A stretch of 64,000 nt of DNA from positions 28,559 to 92,558 of the IMG/VR virus record IMGVR_UViG_3300029288_003134; one strand, given 5' to 3'. The notes beneath the pieces are model-generated. The model was not told where the DNA came from, searched no databases, and saw only the letters and a list, made by a program, of their open reading frames with translations. Positions 17,393 through 26,948 of the stretch are shown piece after piece. Positions within the stretch are counted from its first letter, which is position 1. Each line of letters starts with the position of its first letter. Position numbers and translations under genes: made by a program. This DNA comes from a virus. Lineage: Duplodnaviria; Caudoviricetes.

Positions 17393-19696
17393 ATGCGAGA
17401 ACAGGCAAATTCTTTAATAATAAATAACGTATTTACTGAATTAGACACTGGTTTTGATATTATTCAGTGGAGTATTTATTCTCCTGTGAATATTATCGTA
17501 CAGGAGTATGCGGAGTCCGGCTGGGGTTTGGCTATAATGATTGCCTCAGGAAATCCCTACCTAAAATCCACCTCTATAAAAAAGCTGCGGATTAAAACGG
17601 TATCGGGTGGGGCCACCATTTATTATTCTGTTGTGGGTTTTTTAGCCTTTCATGGTACAGATGATATGGAAAAAGCCACCTATGATATAAATGATAATGG
17701 TATCGTAGACAAGGCGGAGACAGTCGATGATGGTGCTGGAAATTCCTCTAATGCTGCGGATATTAAAGACGCAGTCGATAATTCTCATGCACCCGGTTCT
17801 GATAATCAGATTGCTTCTGGGGTTCCTTTTACACCAGACGGTGACATAGTTGCCACAGATGTGCAGGCCGCGATTGAAGAGGTCAGAGATGATACGGACA
17901 TAAAGTTAGGCGGCAAGCAAGATAGTCTCGGTTATACAGCAGAGAATGTAGCCAATAAGGATACAGATGTTTTGCTCGCTTTAAACAGTGATACTAAATA
18001 TCCTTCGCAGAAGGCTATAAAAACATTTAGTTTACAGCCGTGGGTAGACATCAATCGGGATGGTTTTTTAAATCAAACAGATACTACAATATCCTTTGAT
18101 GGTACGAATACTTTTACCATAGCCCCGACATCCCCAGCAACTACTTGGTCTTATTATAGAGCGGGCGTAAAGTACACGATTACGGGAAGTAAAACATGTG
18201 TGTTACCGGGTTCTCCGGTTACTACTGGAATCTACTATATTACACTGGACTCAAATGATGGTACTCTCACACAATCCAATTCAGAATGGAATTTACTCGA
18301 TAACTCTATTCCGGTTGCCACGATAGTTTTTAATAATAGTTTGACACCAAAATACCATTTAGCAGATGAGAGACACAGTATTTTAATTGATGGAAGAATG
18401 CACTATTATTTGCACAAGACTCGTGGAAGTCAGCCTATTAGTATTGGAGCTCTAGGTGGTTTTACTTTAAATTCTGATGTAGATGTTGACAAAGTTTTTT
18501 CTATTGGTGATTCGCTTATTGCAGATGATGACATTATCCATAGTGAAACGGGTATAGCTAAACCAAACGGGGTAGATACGGCGTATTCTGTGTTCTATCG
18601 TACAGGGCCGACTACCTGGGCTTGGAAAAAGTCTAATATGCCTTTTATTTATAATGTTGGGAATACAAATAATTGGATTCAGTGGGATAACGCTGGAACA
18701 ATGACAGATGCCACTGGCGGTGGTGGGGCTTTAACGCGCTGGGTAAATTCATACTTATTAGTTTCCAATATTGAGGGTGATGCTCGGTTTTTAATAATTC
18801 CAGGAAGGGCTATTTTTACATCCCTGGCAGCAGCACAAGCTGAATCACCCTCTGGTTTTGATTTTTCTGGCTTTATAATCAATGAGTCTGTAGTTGTCTA
18901 CCGACTTACTTGGACTACGCCAACATCCACCTCTCAGGGTAAATGTCGTTTAGCGGCTAACCCCACTCCGATAAATGTTACAACAATTTTAAATGCGGGT
19001 TCTGGGGCCAGTATAGATCATAATACCCTATCTGGTTTACAGGGTGGACAAACCGGAGAACGCTATCATTTAACAGATGCCGAGCATGTCGTAGTTGGAG
19101 ACACATCCGGCGTGAATACAGGCGATCAGGTCTCTACTACAGTTGATTTTACTCCCAACGGTGACATAGCTGCCACCACTGTGCAAGAAGCTGTAGTTGA
19201 GGTTCGGGATGACGCAGATACTAAATTATCTGCTAAGGAGGATACGGAAAATAAAGACACAGATGAAACATTAGCCGCAAATAGTGATACAAAATACCCA
19301 TCACAAAAGGCAGTTAAAAGTTACGCTGACACCAAGGCTACGGAAGGGGCGTTTACAGATATTTCAGAGACTTCTACAATAACTGGTTGGGCCTCTTTGG
19401 GAGTCAAAAAAATATTTTTTAAACAGATCGGTTCAGTAGTTTTTGTTTTTTTTGATCTAGAGGGAACGAGTAATTCTACACAGGCTAGGTTTACTCTACC
19501 TGTTTCAGCCAATGCAGGCATTGTTATTTATGCTCCGGCTGCCTGGGCTAGTGAGGGTGGGGTTACGCTATCTGAGGCGTACTGTCAGATAAGTGGGTCT
19601 ACTGTTTATTTAGCGAAAAATGCCGCAGTTGGGGAGAATTGGTCTGCGAGTGGAGGTAAGGCTTTTACTGGGCAAGCAATGTTTGTGCTGGCATAA
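17393..19696 (+). CDS. Tail fibre / receptor-binding protein 1
   Basis: YDINDNGIVDKAE, NSDTKYPSQKAVK, HNTLSGLQGG…YHLT fibre modules; C-terminal beta tip. Confidence 0.75.
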   Translation: MREQANSLIINNVFTELDTGFDIIQWSIYSPVNIIVQEYAESGWGLAIMIASGNPYLKSTSIKKLRIKTVSGGATIYYSVVGFLAFHGTDDMEKATYDINDNGIVDKAETVDDGAGNSSNAADIKDAVDNSHAPGSDNQIASGVPFTPDGDIVATDVQAAIEEVRDDTDIKLGGKQDSLGYTAENVANKDTDVLLALNSDTKYPSQKAIKTFSLQPWVDINRDGFLNQTDTTISFDGTNTFTIAPTSPATTWSYYRAGVKYTITGSKTCVLPGSPVTTGIYYITLDSNDGTLTQSNSEWNLLDNSIPVATIVFNNSLTPKYHLADERHSILIDGRMHYYLHKTRGSQPISIGALGGFTLNSDVDVDKVFSIGDSLIADDDIIHSETGIAKPNGVDTAYSVFYRTGPTTWAWKKSNMPFIYNVGNTNNWIQWDNAGTMTDATGGGGALTRWVNSYLLVSNIEGDARFLIIPGRAIFTSLAAAQAESPSGFDFSGFIINESVVVYRLTWTTPTSTSQGKCRLAANPTPINVTTILNAGSGASIDHNTLSGLQGGQTGERYHLTDAEHVVVGDTSGVNTGDQVSTTVDFTPNGDIAATTVQEAVVEVRDDADTKLSAKEDTENKDTDETLAANSDTKYPSQKAVKSYADTKATEGAFTDISETSTITGWASLGVKKIFFKQIGSVVFVFFDLEGTSNSTQARFTLPVSANAGIVIYAPAAWASEGGVTLSEAYCQISGSTVYLAKNAAVGENWSASGGKAFTGQAMFVLA

Positions 19697-19742
19697 ATTA
19701 TTTAGGTTTAATTTTATGTACTAAAACTAATGGGGGTGTAAT

Positions 19743-19994
19743 ATGACGGAACCAAGTAAGGATTTACAGTATTTAGGCGATGGTTTAGGGGCATTTTTTC
19801 CGGCTAAGGACGCAGTTATTGGGGATAAGACCTATCAGGGTTTTATTCACATTTCTGGAGCATCTGTTATTATGCGTATTACGGCAGTGGATGAGAATAC
19901 AAATAATACAGATTATGCGGATGGTGGAAAAGACCTCGTAAATTGGGTGAATAAAGCTAGTTTATCTTATGGGTCTATAAATAGGTTAGCATAA
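19743..19994 (+). CDS. Small tail-associated hypothetical protein
   Basis: 83-aa ORF with RBS between the two fibre genes. Confidence 0.5.
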   Translation: MTEPSKDLQYLGDGLGAFFPAKDAVIGDKTYQGFIHISGASVIMRITAVDENTNNTDYADGGKDLVNWVNKASLSYGSINRLA

Positions 19995-20004
19995 GGAGAA
20001 ATAA

Positions 20005-23000
20005 ATGGCTAAGAAATATTTTGATAAGTATGGCAGAATTTTTACTATTCCCGAGGTCGTGGCGGCTACTTGGGCCAGTTTAACTGGAAAGCCAAATTCA
20101 ACTCCAGCGGATATTGATAGTGCGGTTTCTTTAAAACATGCCGCGCATTCTGACGATCAGGATTTGAGTGGCAAAGTTGATAAGGTTTCTGGTAAATCTT
20201 TAGTGACTGATACAGAAATATCCAAAATACACACACAAGGCACAGATCAGGGGCTTGATACGGGTGGGCCTAACGCAGTAACGGCGGCTCAAGCTAAGAC
20301 TGCTTATTCACATTCACAGGCTGTACATGCTCCTTCAGATGCGGTTTCATTAGCTACAGTCAAGGGTGATTCTGATATTTCAGATGCTATCTCCAAGAAA
20401 CATGCGAGTGGTTCTGATAATCAGGCAGCCTCGGGAGTTCCTTTTACACCGGACGGAGATATAGTGGCTACAGACGTACAGGCCGCTATTGAAGAAGTCC
20501 GGGATGACACCGACATTAAACTGGGGAATAAGGCCGGGCTTCCTCAGCAAATTGTAACAGTGGGAAAAGCAAATGCACAGTTTACCACGATTCAGGGGGC
20601 TATAGATTCCATTTTAGACGCGACAACCTCTAAAAGATATACAGTTTTAGTAAATCCTGGTTTATATTCCGAGGCTGTTGTGATGAAGGCTTTTGTTGAT
20701 GTGGTTGGTCTTGATAGGTTTTCTTGTCAGATTAGTATTACGTCTGCAAATTGTGTGACAAGTGCAAATGATTGTGAAATTGCAAATTTTCATATTTATC
20801 AAACTGCGGCGTTTAATGCTTTAAGGCTAGTAAATACTACGAATACATTTACTGTCCGTAATTGTTATATTACTGCAACTAGAACTGGAACGGGTGTTGT
20901 GACTATTTCAACTACTAGCGGATTTAAGGACATAAATATATATAATTCTCTTATTGAAGCTATTGTTCTATCAGCTACGTCCGATTCTGCTAACGTTTTA
21001 AATAACATCGGAAATTGTAACATTTATGATTCTCAGATTATTTCAACTGGCGGAGACGCTGGTTCTACTGCTATATTTTTACGAACCGGAACGGGAAATA
21101 TTAAGAATTGTAAAATTTCGGTTAGTGATGCAAATGTTAATTCTAGAGCAATTTATTGTGATGGAACAGGGACAAAAACAATAGCTGATTGTATTCTTAC
21201 GTCGGCTGGAACTTACTCTATTTATAATGCTGGTGTTTTAAAAACTCAAAATGTTTATGAAACATCTGGTAAACTTGTAAATAATGACGGTGGTACACAG
21301 ACTAATCTAGATAATCACAATGCCTTAGCCGGATTACAGGGTGGTACAGGCGGAGAATTTTATCATTTGACGGCAGTTCAAATTTCTGATATTGGTACAA
21401 TCTCTGGAAAGGAAAGTTTATCAAATAAATCTACAGACTCTAGTTTAGGTAGTAGTAATAGTCTTTATCCCTCTCAGAAAGCTGTTAAAGATTACGTGGA
21501 TGGGGTTAGTGTCGGAAGTGCCACGTTAGAGACTATTTTATTAGATATTGTTTTAAATTCCTTTAGGTTAATTCGGTTAAACGCTTTAGCTTTTATTAAG
21601 TTAAGTGCTGGTTTTATTGATGGTTTTATGGATGAGACTGGCGTAGATTTAACGCGATCAATAAATCAAGAGTATAATTCTTCTGAGGATTATTATTCTA
21701 GTGTATTAGCGCAGGATAGTTATACTAAGCTGTTATTACACTTTGATGGTGTTGACGGAAGTACCACATTCACTGATGCGATGGGGCATACTGTAACTCC
21801 GCAAGGAGATGTGCAAATAGATACAGCTCAGTCGGTTTTTGGCGGAGCGAGTGGTTTATTTGATGGAACCGGAGATTATTTAGATATAGATGATTCTTCC
21901 GATTGGGATTTGCTGGCCGGAAAATGGACACTAGATGTTTGGGTTACTATGAATGTAGCGAATGCTTATCAAATGCTATATCATCAAGGCCCAGGTACAG
22001 ACACTAATGAATTCGTTGTTTTAATCAATTCTAGCAATCAAATAGAAACAATCGCGTATTCTGGAAGTTCTATTTTATTTGATAAGGTTTGGGCTTGGGG
22101 AAATGATACGGGTGTAGCACATCATTTAGAATTATGCCGTAGTGATAATGATTTATTATTATTTCGAGATGGTACTTTAGTTAGTTCGCAGTCTATCGGT
22201 GCAGTTACGTTTCCCGCTATTGCACACACTATTCGTATTGGCGCGAGCGGTAATGCGGCAGCCATCCCTTTTAATGGCTGGTTAGATGAGCTTAGGCTTA
22301 GTGTGGGTATCGCCCGGCATACCACAAATTTTACACCAGAAACTTCGGCATATACGGGTTCACCCGCATCAGTCTTTTCAAGTAAGTATAAATTAGTTTT
22401 GCACTTTAATGATAGTGATGGAGAATCAATTATTGATTCCTCAGTTTCGCCGCATACGATGACATCAAGTAATGTGGCATATGATACTGTCAATAAGGTT
22501 TTTGGCAGTTCTGGTTTAATTTTTAATGCGGCATTATCAAATGTGCAGACAGATGACCATGCTGATTTTGATATTGGTACGGAAGATTTTGGAATTGCTT
22601 TGCACGGAAGATTGACAACCCTACCCGGAACTAGCGGCTATGCCCCCATTGTTGGGCAATCTAATGGTGCTGTGCATGATACGATTTCATATTTTTCTTA
22701 TATTTATAATGATGCCGGAGACCTTAAACTTGGTTTTGAGTTTACGGAGGATGGCACCACTAAGATAGAGGTTTTATCTGATGCCTTAACAATAAATATA
22801 AATGAATGGCATAATTATCAAATTATCCGTAACGGCCAGTACATAAAATTTTATATGGATTTTGTCCTGGTTGGAACACGGGACATTGGTGTTGGTAAAA
22901 ACTTTTATAATAGTGCTGGAAAACTCACTATAGGCATTGACCCAACTTGGTGGTGGCTCGGGGGTGGGGATACTGCTTGGGTTGGTCAGATTGATGAGTT

Positions 23001-23379
23001 TATATTCTATCGGGGTACGCTGAGTACAACAATCCCCTCTCAATATACTCCTGGCGTGAATACAATCCTGTGCTCAAAAACCCTGGCATTATCAGCAGCT
23101 CCACTGTCTGCTCGGGTTGTTGTTTTTGAATCAGACATAGATTCAATCACATTGAATACAGATTTAGTGTTAGAGGCCTCGATAGATAATGGAGTCTTTC
23201 TTTTACCTGTTACTTTAACGGATGCCGGAGAATACGAGACTGGCTCCCGTATATTAACGGGTACAGTCGATTTTTCTGATGCGCCCGCTGGCACCAGCCT
23301 TGTTTTAATGGCAATTATTCAAAATAATAAACGATTAAAGTTGAATGGACTGGGTATTACTAATTTACAGTACGCTTAA
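20005..23379 (+). CDS. Tail fibre / adhesin 2 with beta-helix and two LamG (ConA-like) domains
   Basis: FTTIQGAIDSI…VNPGLYSE (pectin-lyase-like entry), TKLLLHFDGVDGSTTFTD…FNGWLDELRLS and a second LamG-like repeat. Confidence 0.8.
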   Translation: MAKKYFDKYGRIFTIPEVVAATWASLTGKPNSTPADIDSAVSLKHAAHSDDQDLSGKVDKVSGKSLVTDTEISKIHTQGTDQGLDTGGPNAVTAAQAKTAYSHSQAVHAPSDAVSLATVKGDSDISDAISKKHASGSDNQAASGVPFTPDGDIVATDVQAAIEEVRDDTDIKLGNKAGLPQQIVTVGKANAQFTTIQGAIDSILDATTSKRYTVLVNPGLYSEAVVMKAFVDVVGLDRFSCQISITSANCVTSANDCEIANFHIYQTAAFNALRLVNTTNTFTVRNCYITATRTGTGVVTISTTSGFKDINIYNSLIEAIVLSATSDSANVLNNIGNCNIYDSQIISTGGDAGSTAIFLRTGTGNIKNCKISVSDANVNSRAIYCDGTGTKTIADCILTSAGTYSIYNAGVLKTQNVYETSGKLVNNDGGTQTNLDNHNALAGLQGGTGGEFYHLTAVQISDIGTISGKESLSNKSTDSSLGSSNSLYPSQKAVKDYVDGVSVGSATLETILLDIVLNSFRLIRLNALAFIKLSAGFIDGFMDETGVDLTRSINQEYNSSEDYYSSVLAQDSYTKLLLHFDGVDGSTTFTDAMGHTVTPQGDVQIDTAQSVFGGASGLFDGTGDYLDIDDSSDWDLLAGKWTLDVWVTMNVANAYQMLYHQGPGTDTNEFVVLINSSNQIETIAYSGSSILFDKVWAWGNDTGVAHHLELCRSDNDLLLFRDGTLVSSQSIGAVTFPAIAHTIRIGASGNAAAIPFNGWLDELRLSVGIARHTTNFTPETSAYTGSPASVFSSKYKLVLHFNDSDGESIIDSSVSPHTMTSSNVAYDTVNKVFGSSGLIFNAALSNVQTDDHADFDIGTEDFGIALHGRLTTLPGTSGYAPIVGQSNGAVHDTISYFSYIYNDAGDLKLGFEFTEDGTTKIEVLSDALTININEWHNYQIIRNGQYIKFYMDFVLVGTRDIGVGKNFYNSAGKLTIGIDPTWWWLGGGDTAWVGQIDEFIFYRGTLSTTIPSQYTPGVNTILCSKTLALSAAPLSARVVVFESDIDSITLNTDLVLEASIDNGVFLLPVTLTDAGEYETGSRILTGTVDFSDAPAGTSLVLMAIIQNNKRLKLNGLGITNLQYA

Positions 23380-23460
23380 AGTCTGTTACCCTACAATATT
23401 GCGAATACACCGGATTGTAGGTTAATTGAGTCGAAAAGAGCCCCTGGAATGATGGGGCAT

Positions 23461-23504
23461 GGGCTGGATAGCCGGGGATTCCTGGCGTTCAGCCCTTTCT
23501 TTTT
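23461..23504 (+). terminator. Intrinsic terminator ending the structural arm
   Basis: GGGCTG…GCCGGG-GATT-CCTGGC…CAGCCC followed by TTTCTTTTT. Confidence 0.7.
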
Positions 23505-24430
23505 GTCCCGAGCGGGGATAATCTGCCGGAAATCTGGTCAGAAATGATCGGAGAAGTGGTCAATTATACCCTATATGGCATGGAATTTAGACCTGTGGAT
23601 GCTGTATAGCGCATGATCTATAGGCCGCCGGGCGCGGCCCGCTTGCCGTGAATCAGCCCTCGCTACCGCTCCGGCATGATTCCGGCCCTTATGCAATCCC
23701 CTACAATCGTATGTATCGAACCATACAAGACGGTTCGGAAAGTTATACAAAGTTTAGCCCGATATAGCGTGCGCCCCGCGATAGCCAGCCTCGGGCCGTC
23801 CGTTCCACTCCCGCCCCTCGGCACGGCTTCGCCTCACTGCCACAGAGCTGAACTGAGCTGAGCCCCACAGCCCTGCACTGTCAAAGGCCCGCAAGCGGGC
23901 CCAGCAAAGGCCATCGAATTACATCTCATTACATGACAGTAATTTAACAATCCTGTTACAGTCCAGCGCAGACCCCCGTCCAGAGCAGTTCACCGGAAAT
24001 TCCGGCACACTCATTTCTCTTGTCAGAAAAAACATACACTCTTTCTGACAGAAATCGCGCCTTCAACTATAGAACTGTCAAAATTCGACAGTTTCCCGCA
24101 CAAATGACTCAATGTATACACAGGAGTACACATTCTGTGGCAGGAGTGCTACAGGTTCTTGCTGTGACAAAACTGATACAATTACCGCCAACAATCGCCT
24201 CATTCCTTAAATGACTCCAAAAGGGCCTCCAGCAACGTCAGGATGCCCTACAGTAACAGTTCTGCTACAGAGGGGCCCACAGTGCTGTCTCATAGAAAGT
24301 GCCAGGAAAAGGCCCCGTAGGGGCCACTGTAGCGGCCCGAAGCGGTGGCAGAGCGAAGCGGAGCCCCGCTGAGGGGATAAGATAGGGCAGGTAGGGGGTA
24401 AGTTATAGGGAATTAAGGAGTTCTATAAGG
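23505..24430. other. Non-coding, palindrome-rich region between convergent arms (origin/packaging/terminal region candidate)
   Basis: No credible ORF; inverted repeats at 23886-23901, 23993-24005, 24021-24050, 24073-24093 and 24311-24325. Confidence 0.5.
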
Positions 24431-24433
24431 ATG

Positions 24434-24508
24434 TCACCGTGGGCAAGAAACTAGCTGGTCTTTCTTGTCGTCGTAAGGCTGACCGCATTTAGGGCAATAT
24501 CTTTTCAT
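24434..24508 (-). pseudogene. Truncated copy of the Cys-rich peptide gene at 25903-26058
   Basis: MKRYCPKCGQPYDDKKDQLVSCPR-TGA; 23 of 24 aa match the full copy. Confidence 0.7.
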
Positions 24509-24873
24509 TCTTTCCCGTCCTCCGTGGTTGGTTTTCCTTCGGCTTTATTGATTGCCTCTTGAGCCATACGCATAGCATTTTCCCAAGATTCTTTATGGCG
24601 GATTAAAGGTGGCCCATTTTGCTCGGTAATAAGTTCCTTTAACGCCTCCAAAAGATCAGGCGCGGAGGATATTAAATCCGTATTACCGCCTGTTATTCGT
24701 AAATGTTTTCTTAAAATTTCATAAATATCTTGATAATTTAGTTCTATGCACAACACCTCGGCTTCTTCATCATCGGTCATTTCAACAAATTCTAATGTCC
24801 TAAGATTTGAGTAAACACGAACTTTATTTCCTAATTTATTTTTAAAAGTTTCATAGTGTCCAGTAGAACTCAT
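24505..24873 (-). CDS. Hypothetical phage protein (APDLLEAL motif)
   Basis: ATG at 24873 with AGGAG RBS; LISSAPDLLEALKEL motif. Confidence 0.55.
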   Translation of the reverse strand: MSSTGHYETFKNKLGNKVRVYSNLRTLEFVEMTDDEEAEVLCIELNYQDIYEILRKHLRITGGNTDLISSAPDLLEALKELITEQNGPPLIRHKESWENAMRMAQEAINKAEGKPTTEDGKE

Positions 24874-24937
24874 TTTTAATCTCCTTTTATTTTCCCGACG
24901 ATTAAAGAGTGGATTTTTTTTAGCTACGTCCTCCGCG

Positions 24938-25120
24938 CTATGAATAATTGTTATTTTTCTTGCTATCTCCTCCACCGTCGGCATATTGGCAACATAAGCG
25001 GCGGAGGACACAGGCCCTATTACCGTCTTCGGGGATTTCATACGGATTGCCCCACTTGGAGGGGCGGCCTATGTAAACGTCGTAGCGATCTGTGCGGAGA
25101 TTAACTACTTTGGTTTGCAT
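24938..25120 (-). pseudogene. DUF4326-like gene remnant
   Basis: YDVYIGRPSKWGNPY signature is present, but the C-terminal CxC…CHG half is missing. Confidence 0.6.
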
Positions 25121-25270
25121 ATTTCAGGCTTTGTTTTAAGCGTTCTCTCCAAGGGGCCCACTAAAGGCAGTCATTACAGCAAAGGCTTTTCTGGCCGAAA
25201 ACTTGGACAGGAATAATATGCGTACTTTTGCAGCGCGGGCAGCGATATTCGATTTTATTTCCGGGACTCC

Positions 25271-25600
25271 TCATGCCGGGCACGCTTGATCGGCCTGTAA
25301 AAGGGCGTTTTCCAGGGATTCCTTGATCTCAGGGGTCAACTTTCCGGTGTGGAGTTCAACTCCGCGATCATACCAAAAACCACGGTTTGTTTTGGAGATC
25401 AGAAGATACTGAACAGGGATATACCTCGTCTTGCTCATAAAACCACCGGAAAAGAAGCTATGACCGTCCCGCCTTAAAATGCCGTAAGCCTTACCCTCCA
25501 GATAAACGGAATAATACGTCTTTCCGGCTAGTCCGTGTGTATACGTTTTGACGTAATCAGGCTGCTCTAAGTACCGCTGGTATCTTTCGGGAGCGTTCAT
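25271..25600 (-). CDS. Hypothetical protein
   Basis: 109-aa ORF coupled to its neighbour. Confidence 0.5.
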   Translation of the reverse strand: MNAPERYQRYLEQPDYVKTYTHGLAGKTYYSVYLEGKAYGILRRDGHSFFSGGFMSKTRYIPVQYLLISKTNRGFWYDRGVELHTGKLTPEIKESLENALLQADQACPA

Positions 25601-25902
25601 TGTACCTCAGTCTCTCGTCCTTTCCGCCACTGCTCTAAAAGAATGTTGTTAATCATTACAATGACTTGCGTCATTCCCTGCCTGGAATAATTTCCTACGG
25701 GATTACAGGTGTATGGAAACATATATTCTTCCAACAACAATTTAATAATCGCCTTCGTCGGCTCAATCCTCGGCGGCCCGTCAACCATTTTGCTGGCGTT
25801 AGTAATATGGGCGGTGAGATTGCATATTTTACAGTCATCATTAGGAACCTGATGGATACTGCAAAACGAGATTTTCTCCTCGGGCTTCTGCGGCTCGGTC
25901 AT
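25597..25902 (-). CDS. Hypothetical protein
   Basis: 101-aa ORF in operon, CSIH…CKIC. Confidence 0.5.
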   Translation of the reverse strand: MTEPQKPEEKISFCSIHQVPNDDCKICNLTAHITNASKMVDGPPRIEPTKAIIKLLLEEYMFPYTCNPVGNYSRQGMTQVIVMINNILLEQWRKGRETEVQ

Positions 25903-26058
25903 TTAAGACTCACTTTCTTCGCATTCAACACAAATACAGTTTTTACCCGCTGGATTACAACAGGCCGTAGAGCCCTCAAATTGGCATCTTGGACAGGAGA
26001 CCAACTGATCTTTCTTATCATCGTAAGCTTGACCACACTTCGGGCAATATCTTTTCAT
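25903..26058 (-). CDS. 51-aa Cys-rich peptide (9 Cys)
   Basis: Manual translation MKRYCPKCGQAYDDKKDQLVSCPRCQFEGSTACCNPAGKNCICVECEESES; ATGA overlap with the radical SAM stop codon. Confidence 0.7.
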   Translation of the reverse strand: MKRYCPKCGQAYDDKKDQLVSCPRCQFEGSTACCNPAGKNCICVECEESES

Positions 26059-26945
26059 TCCGGGCTCCTTTTAAGATTATATTTTAAGTAGTAATCAAAA
26101 AGAAACTGTCCGCAACTCGCCCCAACATCGACACCGGGTGGACAATAATACTCCGTCTTGATACCCGCAGGACTTAACACAGGATTAAAAACAGTGGAAA
26201 TGATCTGCATATCCTGTTCTTTTGTTGTTTTGGGGCTATCCGTGTTATACCGCAGAAATTTAACGGAGGCTTTAATCTGTTGAGCATACTCCTTTAATCG
26301 AAGCGCATCCTCTGGTCTATCGTTTATCCCCTGAATTAAGGCGTAATGGATTTCGATTGGAAAATCTTTTTTGGCTAAGTAAACCAGCGGGCCCAGGGAG
26401 TCTGTAATGGTTAAGGCTTTTGGCATCCAAAGCTTTCTACGGGAATCTTCCGTAAAGTGCAGTGACCAATGAAACTTAACCGAAATATGGTTATCAATCA
26501 AACAGGCTACAAAATTTGTAAACTGCCGCCATACCATATCCTGCGGAAAGAGTGAGGCCAATGCAAACCGGGAATTTGGAAAAACTTTGTGAATTCTATT
26601 CATGGAGGAGAAAACACCTGTCATATTGAGTAGGGGTTCCCCACAGCCCATATAAGAAACCAAAAGGAGTTTCTGATTGTCTAAATTTAATATGCGATAG
26701 ACCTGCTCTACTGCGGAGGAGATTTCATTCCAACGAATATTTCTTACCTGAAGCTTTCCAAGAAATTTTGTTGTATAACAGAACTTGCAGCCCTGTAAAC
26801 ATGCGGATTGAGAGGATACGCATAAAATATCTTTGCCGTCATCCTTATTGATATAGGCAATCTCAAAGATCAAACCGTCGCTTAATTGGAATACAAATTT
26901 AACGGTTTTATCAACTTTGGATTTAATAGTATCAAGTAATCGCAT
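26055..26945 (-). CDS. RlmN/Cfr-like radical SAM methyltransferase
   Basis: LCVSSQSACLQGCKFC (CxxxCxxC plus upstream Cys), MGCGEPLLN, C-terminal GASCGQF. Confidence 0.85.
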   Translation of the reverse strand: MRLLDTIKSKVDKTVKFVFQLSDGLIFEIAYINKDDGKDILCVSSQSACLQGCKFCYTTKFLGKLQVRNIRWNEISSAVEQVYRILNLDNQKLLLVSYMGCGEPLLNMTGVFSSMNRIHKVFPNSRFALASLFPQDMVWRQFTNFVACLIDNHISVKFHWSLHFTEDSRRKLWMPKALTITDSLGPLVYLAKKDFPIEIHYALIQGINDRPEDALRLKEYAQQIKASVKFLRYNTDSPKTTKEQDMQIISTVFNPVLSPAGIKTEYYCPPGVDVGASCGQFLFDYYLKYNLKRSPE

Positions 26946-26948
26946 TAT

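Noticed and set aside
17393-23379. Diversity-generating retroelement acting on fibre genes
   Set aside because: Repeat copies differ at synonymous positions of all bases, not specifically at adenines, and no reverse transcriptase is present in the window
23505-24430. CRISPR array, or the short ORFs 23676-23861 and 24020-24214
   Set aside because: No regularly spaced direct repeats; the ORFs lack an RBS and protein-like composition
24434-24436. TGA as selenocysteine or recoded stop in the peptide copy; alternative genetic code
   Set aside because: Sequence after the TGA is non-homologous and stops again 7 codons later; long genes are intact in code 11, all three stops are used, and no suppressor tRNA is seen
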